32,000 nt of DNA from Desulfobulbus propionicus DSM 2032 (GTDB lineage: Bacteria; Desulfobacterota; Desulfobulbia; Desulfobulbales; Desulfobulbaceae): contig NC_014972.1 in NCBI RefSeq assembly GCF_000186885.1, positions 1,710,001 through 1,742,000 of the forward strand. The letters are read 5' to 3'. The translations under genes and the position numbers were made by a program. Each line of letters begins with the position of its first letter. Positions within the stretch are counted from its first letter, which is position 1. The notes below the pieces were generated by a model that searched no databases, was not told the DNA's origin, and saw only the letters and a program-made list of their open reading frames with translations. This document shows positions 25,372-32,000 of this stretch, in pieces.

Positions 25372-27380
25372 GCGAAACCACCGAGCAGCCGCGCGGCAAG
25401 CTCCATCAACTGTTCGATACCAATTTTCTCGACTACACCTCCTACGTGATCCGCGAGCGGGCCATCCCGGATGTGGACGACGGCCTCAAGCCGGTGCAGC
25501 GACGCATCCTCCAAACGCTCGCCAACATGGACGACGGCCGTTTCCACAAGGTGGCCAACGTGGTCGGCGAAACCATGAAGCTCCATCCACACGGCGATCA
25601 ATCGATCTTCGATGCCTTGGTCAACCTGGCCAACAAGGGCTATCTGATTGACCGCCAGGGCAACTTCGGCAACATCTTCACCGGCGACCAGGCCTCGGCG
25701 CCGCGTTACATCGAGTGCCGATTGTCGCCGCTGGCGCGCGAAACCCTGTTCAACAAGGACCTGACCGAGTTCATCGACTCCTACGACGGCCGCATGCAGG
25801 AGCCGGTACGGCTGCCGGCCAAGATCCCGCTGCTGCTGCTCTTGGGTGCGGAAGGCATTGCCGTGGGCATGGCCACCAAGATCATGCCGCACAACTTCGG
25901 CGAGCTGCTCCAGGCCCAGATCGATTACCTGCGCGGCCAGGAATTTGTGCTCTATCCGGATTTTCCCCGCGGCGGCATCATTGATGTCGCCGATTACAAC
26001 CACGGCAACGGCCGTATCCGCTGCCGGGCCAAGCTGGAACAGCCGGATTCCAAAACCATCGTCATCACCGAGCTGCCCTACAATCTCACCACCCAAGCCC
26101 TGATCGAGTCGATCGAGAAGGCGGCCAAGGCGAACAAGCTCAAGATTGCCTCGATCAACGACTACACTGCCGAAAAGGTCGAAGTCGAGATCAAGCTGGC
26201 GCGAGGGGTGCTCGCGGAGGAGACCATCGACGCCCTCTACGCCTTCACCGACTGCGAGCTGAGCGTTTCGCCCAGCCTGGTGACCATTGTCGACAACATG
26301 CCGCGACAGATGGCGGTCGAGGAGGTCCTGCGGCGCAACACCGACCGGCTGGTGGCCAACCTGGAGCGCGAACTGCAGATCGAATTGGGACGGCTGGAGG
26401 ACAAGTGGCACGCGCGTAAGCTGGAGCAGATCTTCATCGAGGAGCGGCTCTACAAGCAGATCGAGGAGAAGACCAATTACAAGGAGGTGCAGGCCACGGT
26501 CCGCGACTCGTTGCTCCCCTTTGCCAACGAACTCAAGCGCAAGATCACGCCCGAGGACGTTGAGCGGCTGCTGGAGATCAAGATTCGCCGTATCTCGCGC
26601 TATGACATCAATCGCCAGCAGAAGGAACTGCGCGACATCGAGAAGCAGATCGGTCAGATCAAGAAGCACCTGACCGACATGATCGGCTTCACCGTTGCCT
26701 ACCTCGGGGAACTGGCAGCCAAGTACGGGTCGCAATTTCCACGAGCTAGCGAGCTGCGCGCCTTTGACGAGGTCGATGCCCGCGCTGCGGCCCTGTCCAA
26801 TCTCACCGTCGGCTACCACCGCGAATCAGGCTTTCTTGGTCACAAGATCAAGGCTGAGGACGAGGCGCATGACCTGGATTGTGCCTGTTCCGAGTACGAC
26901 CGGCTCTTGCTGATCTTCAAGGACGGCCTCTACAAGGTGATCCATGTGCCGGACAAGCTGTTTGTCGGGCCCGACCTGTACTGGCTGGGGGTGGTGAAGA
27001 ACGATCTGGTGTTCAACCTGATTTATCGCCACGGCCCGGAGAACCTGGCCTATGTCAAACGCTTCGCCACGCCCAAGTTCATCCTCGGCCGGGACTACCG
27101 GCTGTTCGAGGCGGACAAGCGATCCGCCATCCTGCTGTTGCTGCTCGGCAAGGAGGGGTTGCGGGTGCGGGCCAGCTTGGCGCCGTCGGCCCGGGCCAAG
27201 TACAACGCGGTGGAAATCGAACTCGACGAGGTGCTGATCAAGGGCGTGAGCGCCAAAGGCAAGCGTATTGCCAACCGGGCCGTGCGCCGGGTGACCGACA
27301 TCACCGGCACCCCCAAAAAAGCGCCGGTCAGTCCGCTGGAACTGCCGGGTTTCGGTGGTGGCAGCGGGGAGAAAGAATAG
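25368..27380 (+). CDS. parC: Type IIA DNA topoisomerase subunit A (ParC/GyrA family, short form)
   Basis: FLDYTSYVIRERAIPDVDDGLKPVQRRIL, HPHGDQSIFDALVNL, QGNFGN and the active-site Tyr context APRYIECRL. Only 670 aa. ATGA overlap with the B subunit. The symbol is tentative. Confidence 0.75.
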   Translation: MSETTEQPRGKLHQLFDTNFLDYTSYVIRERAIPDVDDGLKPVQRRILQTLANMDDGRFHKVANVVGETMKLHPHGDQSIFDALVNLANKGYLIDRQGNFGNIFTGDQASAPRYIECRLSPLARETLFNKDLTEFIDSYDGRMQEPVRLPAKIPLLLLLGAEGIAVGMATKIMPHNFGELLQAQIDYLRGQEFVLYPDFPRGGIIDVADYNHGNGRIRCRAKLEQPDSKTIVITELPYNLTTQALIESIEKAAKANKLKIASINDYTAEKVEVEIKLARGVLAEETIDALYAFTDCELSVSPSLVTIVDNMPRQMAVEEVLRRNTDRLVANLERELQIELGRLEDKWHARKLEQIFIEERLYKQIEEKTNYKEVQATVRDSLLPFANELKRKITPEDVERLLEIKIRRISRYDINRQQKELRDIEKQIGQIKKHLTDMIGFTVAYLGELAAKYGSQFPRASELRAFDEVDARAAALSNLTVGYHRESGFLGHKIKAEDEAHDLDCACSEYDRLLLIFKDGLYKVIHVPDKLFVGPDLYWLGVVKNDLVFNLIYRHGPENLAYVKRFATPKFILGRDYRLFEADKRSAILLLLLGKEGLRVRASLAPSARAKYNAVEIELDEVLIKGVSAKGKRIANRAVRRVTDITGTPKKAPVSPLELPGFGGGSGEKE

Positions 27381-27442
27381 GTGATGTGCTGTCGTTCCAA
27401 TCAACAGGCAGGTATCAGAAAGATTTCTAAAGGAGATCGTTC

Positions 27443-29125
27443 GTGAATATTAATGCTTCGATTATTGACCAGCGCCTTTCTGGTATTCAAGAAGAGATAC
27501 GCGACCAGGCTCAAGCCGAACTGAAAATCAATGATCCTGAAAAATTAAAATCTCTGGCTTTTGTCTACCTCTGTGTCAAAACCATGCTTGATCTTGACCC
27601 TGAGGAGGTTTTTGAGTGTTTAACCGAAGGAGGTGGTGATTTTGGTGTGGATGCCATGCACCTGACCGAAGAAATGGACGGTGAATTTACCGTAACCCTC
27701 TTTCAAGGGAAATATGATCGAAGCCTGACCGGTGAGAAGCAGTTCGGTGAAAATGCAATTAATGCAATGATCAATGCCGTTCGTCATATTTTTAATCCTC
27801 AGTCGCAGTTAGGGGCTATCAATGAACGGCTGAAGATCAAAGTGGAAGCTGCGCGTTCACTCATTCGTGACGGACTTATACCACGGGTGCGAGCTATTGC
27901 CTGCAATAATGGCGCGCGTTGGAATCATGCTGCTCAAGAGTCCATAACTCGGACCGGTTTCGGTGAACAAGTGACGTGGGAGCATGTCAACCACGACGTC
28001 CTGATTGGTGTGCTGCAACGGGTTAAACCTGTAAATGCAACCTTGCGGCTGACAGGAAAAGCGATCGTTGAGGATATGAATTTTAGTCGCGTCTGTATCG
28101 GTCGAATACCTGTAACCGAAATAGGTGCACTTATGCGAAACCATGGTGAGCGTCTTTTGGAACGCAATATTCGCAGGTATCTTGGACTTCATGGAAACCG
28201 AGTGAATGAAGGGATCAGTGCAACACTTCTTTCAGATAAACCTTCTGATTTTTATTTTTTTAACAACGGATTAACATTGGTCTGCAACGATTTTTCCTAC
28301 AATGCCCTGCAACAAAGTGACTATATGGTCAAAGTTGAGAATCTTCAGATTGTCAATGGTGGGCAGACTTGTATGACCATTTTCAAGACTCTCGAAGAAA
28401 TGCAACAGAATGATGATAGCTCTTTGAATGATGCCTCGGTTTTGGTGCGTCTCTATAAACTTCCTAAAGACAACGAAGATCTGGTGCTGAGGATAACACA
28501 CGCAACTAACAGCCAAAATCCAGTTGATCTAAAAGATTTGCGATCAAACGATGAGAAGCAGCAACGTCTATCCCAGAGTATCCAGGAGTTGGGGTATACG
28601 TATCGTCGGAAACGGATGGAGACAGCAGCAAAGGCAACGGAAATAACCTCGGGAGCGGCAGCCGAGGCAATTCTTGCTGTTTGGAGACAAGCCCCGCACC
28701 AAGCAAAATTCCTGACTCGAGAGCACTTCGGCAAATTGTATCATGTCATCTTTGCAGAGGACCTCAATGGCGCTCAAGCTGTGCTTGCGGTTCTGCTGTA
28801 CCGTATTGCTGAAAACCACAGAAAACGACCGGCAGAGGGCGATCCTCTTTTTGTTCGTTACGCCTCGTGCTTTATTGCCATGCAAATGGGAAAACGACTG
28901 CTGCAGGTGCTTAAGATTTCTCTTGATAAACTTGATCATCGTAATTTTGCACAGGCTAAAACGGCAATTGAAACTCATGGTGAGAACTATTTTCACGCCG
29001 CTGTGCAGGATGTTGATAGAGCCTTGAAAAGCCTTTACGGAGATCGAGAAGTCTCCATGCAGCAACTTTCCGCCACCTTCCGTCGAGGAGATCTCATTGA
29101 GCAGTTGAGCAGTAGCCCGATCTGA
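27443..29125 (+). CDS. AIPR-family abortive-infection (phage resistance) protein
   Basis: GTG start with AGGAG 7 nt upstream. Blocks GGGDFGVDAMH, NIRRYLGLHGNRVNEGISATL, FYFFNNGLTLVC and IVNGGQT match my recollection of the AIPR (Abi-like) family. The gene is clearly AT-richer than both neighbours. Confidence 0.75.
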   Translation: MNINASIIDQRLSGIQEEIRDQAQAELKINDPEKLKSLAFVYLCVKTMLDLDPEEVFECLTEGGGDFGVDAMHLTEEMDGEFTVTLFQGKYDRSLTGEKQFGENAINAMINAVRHIFNPQSQLGAINERLKIKVEAARSLIRDGLIPRVRAIACNNGARWNHAAQESITRTGFGEQVTWEHVNHDVLIGVLQRVKPVNATLRLTGKAIVEDMNFSRVCIGRIPVTEIGALMRNHGERLLERNIRRYLGLHGNRVNEGISATLLSDKPSDFYFFNNGLTLVCNDFSYNALQQSDYMVKVENLQIVNGGQTCMTIFKTLEEMQQNDDSSLNDASVLVRLYKLPKDNEDLVLRITHATNSQNPVDLKDLRSNDEKQQRLSQSIQELGYTYRRKRMETAAKATEITSGAAAEAILAVWRQAPHQAKFLTREHFGKLYHVIFAEDLNGAQAVLAVLLYRIAENHRKRPAEGDPLFVRYASCFIAMQMGKRLLQVLKISLDKLDHRNFAQAKTAIETHGENYFHAAVQDVDRALKSLYGDREVSMQQLSATFRRGDLIEQLSSSPI

Positions 29126-29148
29126 ATTTTTGTTTTCACGATGTAAAG

Positions 29149-30243
29149 ATGCAACAGACTCGGGTGCGAACCACAGCCGTCTACCGATCCCCCCTCTTTC
29201 TGGCCCATGAGACCGGGCGCGGCCATGTGGAGTCGCCGCAGCGGTTGCAGTGCATCTATCGGGAACTGGACCGGCCGGAGGTCGCTGCCCAGCTGCTTTT
29301 CCCCGAGTTCGGGCCGGCCCCGGTCAGCGCCATCGCCCTCAACCATAGCGACGAGCTTATCCGCGAGGTGGCCGCCACTGCCGGTCATGCCGCCTTCTAT
29401 CTCGATGCCGATACCCGGACCTCGGCTGCCTCCTATGAGGCGGCCCTGCTGGCTGCCGGGGCGGTGATCGACGGGATCAACCGGCTTGCCCGGGGCGAGA
29501 TCGACAACGGCTTCTGCCTGGTACGACCGCCGGGGCACCATGCCGAGCGCGATCAAGCCATGGGCTTCTGCCTGTTCAATAACGTTGCCGTCGGCGCCCG
29601 CTGGGCCAGGAAGCATTTGGGCCTGGAACGCATTCTGCTTCTCGATTGGGACCTGCATCACGGCAACGGCACCCAGCATTCCTTTTACCGCGACCCGTCG
29701 GTGCTCTACTGCTCGATCCATCAGTATCCCTGCTATCCCGGCTCCGGGGCCGTGGGGGAAGTGGGCGAGGGGCCAGGGCTTGGGTATACGATCAATGTGC
29801 CGCTCTGCAGTGGCCATGGCGATGCCGAGTATGCCCGCATCCTCAACCAGATGGTGGCGCCGCTTGTCCATGGTTACCGGCCGGAACTGATCCTGGTCTC
29901 CTGCGGTTTTGACTGCATGGCTGGCGACCCGCTCGGCGCGATGCGACTCACGGCCACGGGAATCGCCTCTATGACCCGAACCCTGGTGGAGCTTGCGGCA
30001 GAAGTCTGTGACAACCGACTGTTGCTGGTCCTGGAAGGGGGCTATGATCTCGACAACGTGCGCAGCGGCAGTCTGGCGGTACTGAGCGAATTGCATGGCG
30101 CTCCGTTGGCGGCGGAATATCCGGTGTATCTGCCTCCAGCGGACTTTGACCGGCTGCGCGCCTCCACAGCGGCCAGTGTTCATATAGATCGGGCGATTGA
30201 GGAGGTCAGGTGCTGGTGGCCTCGCGGCCCGCTGTCTCTCTAG
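29149..30243 (+). CDS. Histone deacetylase-family (class II HDAC / AcuC-like) deacetylase
   Basis: HVESPQRL, RPPGHHAE, DWDLHHGNGTQ, YPGSG and VLEGGYDL are arginase/deacetylase-fold HDAC hallmarks. Confidence 0.85.
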   Translation: MQQTRVRTTAVYRSPLFLAHETGRGHVESPQRLQCIYRELDRPEVAAQLLFPEFGPAPVSAIALNHSDELIREVAATAGHAAFYLDADTRTSAASYEAALLAAGAVIDGINRLARGEIDNGFCLVRPPGHHAERDQAMGFCLFNNVAVGARWARKHLGLERILLLDWDLHHGNGTQHSFYRDPSVLYCSIHQYPCYPGSGAVGEVGEGPGLGYTINVPLCSGHGDAEYARILNQMVAPLVHGYRPELILVSCGFDCMAGDPLGAMRLTATGIASMTRTLVELAAEVCDNRLLLVLEGGYDLDNVRSGSLAVLSELHGAPLAAEYPVYLPPADFDRLRASTAASVHIDRAIEEVRCWWPRGPLSL

Positions 30244-30244
30244 G

Positions 30245-30295
30245 CAGAACCAGGCGGCCCGCATGGTCTCTGCGTGCCGCCTGGTTCTGTTTTTT
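30245..30295 (+). terminator. Rho-independent terminator of the deacetylase gene
   Basis: A perfect 14-bp stem, CAGAACCAGGCGGC (30245-30258) with GCCGCCTGGTTCTG (30276-30289), followed by TTTTTT (30290-30295). Confidence 0.85.
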
Positions 30296-30303
30296 CTACG
30301 TGG

Positions 30304-31995
30304 TTATATTTTGAATTGATTGACAATTTCCTTGAGTTCGACCGCTAGATGCTGCAGGGAGCCTGCGCTGGTGCGAACCTTGTTGCTGTTGTCGGCGATC
30401 TCGCTGGAGGCCTTGCCGACTCCGGCAATGTCACGGGACATCGAGGTGGCCACGGCCGAACTTTGGTTGACGTTTTCGTTGACTTCCTGCAAGCCCAGCG
30501 ACGCCTGGGAAATATTGGAGGCAATTTCCTGGGTGGCCTTGGCCTGTTCGCCGACCGCCCGGGCAATGGTGGACACGATCTCGCTGACCCGGTTGATGAC
30601 TGTGGTGATCGCGCTGATGTCGGTCACCGTTTCGGCGGTGGTCTGCTGCACACCGGCGATCTGTTCCTTGATGTTGAGGGTGGCCTCGGCGGTCTGCTTG
30701 GCCAGTTCCTTGATCTCGTTGGCCACCACCGCGAATCCCTTGCCCGCTTCGCCGGCCCGAGCCGCCTCAATGGTGGCGTTCAGCGCCAGCAGGTTGGTCT
30801 GCTCGGAGATTTCGGTGATCGTTTCGGTCACCTTGCCGATCGCCCGGGCCGCGTCGCCCAAGGCATCCATCCTGGTCGCTGTCCTGGCGGCTTGGCTGAC
30901 GGCGTCCCCGGCAATCTGGTTGGCCTGCTCCACGTTCTCGGCGATGGCGCCGATGGTCGAGGTCATCTCCTCGGCGGCGCTGGCGACCATGGCAATATTG
31001 GTGGTTGATTGCTCCATGGCGGCCGCGACATTGTTGAGGTTGACGTTCATCTGCTCGGCGTCGGCGGCAACGTGCTCCGTCTGCCGGGAAGCGTCATTGG
31101 TTCCCTGGGCCAGACTGTCGGCAAACCCCAGGAGATCGGCGGACGAGCGGTCCAAGGCTTGGGTGTTGTGGCTGATTCTGCCGATGATGCCTTGCAGTTT
31201 CTCCATGAAGGTATTCAACCAGGTGGCCAGTTCGCCGATTTCATCCTGGGATCGCACCGTAAGCCGTTTGGTCAGATCGCCTTCGCCCTCGGCAATATCC
31301 TGCAAGCCGGCCACTGCCGCGTTGATCGGTTTGGCGATGACCATACCGAGCACGCCGGCCATGACCGCCGCCACCAGCGCCGCACTCAGCAAAATGACCA
31401 ACAGGCCGATAAGGGCTCTCTGGTAGATGCGCCGAGCATCCTGCTGCGCCTGTTCGGCGTTGCGCAGGCTGATTTCGGTCAACTTGTCCAGATTGCCGCG
31501 CATGTTTTCAAACAGTTCGCTGGCCTTTCCCAAGGACACTTCCAGAGCTTTCTGCCGGGCCTGAGGTTCCCCGGATCGGCTGCTGTCGACAATCTGGCGC
31601 GATACCGGTTCCCAGGCGGCTCGATCCCGATCGAATTGGGCGATCAGTCCCTTCTCTTCCTCCGAATCGACCAACGTCTTGAATTGATTGAACCGCTCAT
31701 CAACCTGCTGGAGATTTTTTTCATAGTCCTTGTGCAGGGTGGCAAAGATGGGAGCCTGCGGATCGGCGGCGATCATCGAACGCTCCGCCACCAGCAGCTG
31801 CTGTAAATCGCGGTCTGCTTCGATCAGTTTGTCGATACTGGGCAGGCTGACCGAGAATATTTCGTTGAGTTCCCTTTCGATGCGGGTCATGCCCTGATAG
31901 GCGACCCACCCAATGCCGGCCATGAACAGGAGAATCAGGGTGAAGGTGGCAATCAGCTTGTTGCGAATCTTCATGTGGGTAAAATTCATGGTCAT
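30304..31995 (-). CDS. Methyl-accepting chemotaxis protein (4HB-type sensor, HAMP, MCP signalling domain)
   Basis: N-terminal TM plus a four-helix-bundle-like sensor, a second TM ([26 protein letters not shown]), HAMP, and the conserved hairpin [35 protein letters not shown]. Confidence 0.9.
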   Translation of the reverse strand: MTMNFTHMKIRNKLIATFTLILLFMAGIGWVAYQGMTRIERELNEIFSVSLPSIDKLIEADRDLQQLLVAERSMIAADPQAPIFATLHKDYEKNLQQVDERFNQFKTLVDSEEEKGLIAQFDRDRAAWEPVSRQIVDSSRSGEPQARQKALEVSLGKASELFENMRGNLDKLTEISLRNAEQAQQDARRIYQRALIGLLVILLSAALVAAVMAGVLGMVIAKPINAAVAGLQDIAEGEGDLTKRLTVRSQDEIGELATWLNTFMEKLQGIIGRISHNTQALDRSSADLLGFADSLAQGTNDASRQTEHVAADAEQMNVNLNNVAAAMEQSTTNIAMVASAAEEMTSTIGAIAENVEQANQIAGDAVSQAARTATRMDALGDAARAIGKVTETITEISEQTNLLALNATIEAARAGEAGKGFAVVANEIKELAKQTAEATLNIKEQIAGVQQTTAETVTDISAITTVINRVSEIVSTIARAVGEQAKATQEIASNISQASLGLQEVNENVNQSSAVATSMSRDIAGVGKASSEIADNSNKVRTSAGSLQHLAVELKEIVNQFKI

Positions 31996-32000
31996 CCCCT

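Overview
This is a high-GC bacterial chromosomal window. The taxon cannot be determined from the sequence alone, though gene content looks like an anaerobic proteobacterium or Desulfobacterota-type organism.

Left third:
- A minus-strand operon chained by overlapping stop/start codons: AMP-forming acetyl/acyl-CoA synthetase, 2-oxoacid dehydrogenase E1alpha, E1beta and E2, a small acyl-carrier protein, and LipB (cut by the window edge).
- An AT-rich divergent intergenic region with a 56-codon CxxCxGxG zinc-finger ORF that is absent from the ORF track, followed by a strong terminator.
- Citrate synthase.
- A cobalamin riboswitch with its own intrinsic terminator, upstream of exbB-exbD-tonB.

Centre (10.3-16.1 kb), the best candidate for an undescribed system:
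- A 490-aa protein with an N-terminal TIR domain plus two further TIR/DUF4062-like Rossmannoid modules.
- It is translationally coupled (ATGA overlap) to a 1380-aa STAND-type P-loop NTPase.
- After the NTPase module, that protein has one predicted transmembrane helix, about 18-20 degenerate ~33-aa YD/RHS-like repeats, and a C-terminal PDZ-like domain.
- This implies a membrane-spanning NLR-like sensor whose effector is supplied in trans.

Right half:
- An LtaS/sulfatase-family membrane enzyme and a convergent unknown membrane protein.
- ldcA, coaX, cutA and a Cys-rich mini-protein.
- A low-GC NYN-LOTUS-S1 gene bracketed by REP hairpins, next to a REP-associated tyrosine transposase (RAYT).
- A ParE/ParC-like type IIA topoisomerase pair.
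- A low-GC single-gene AIPR abortive-infection insertion.
- An HDAC-family deacetylase and a methyl-accepting chemotaxis protein.

Many long antisense ORFs in the track are high-GC shadow ORFs and were rejected.
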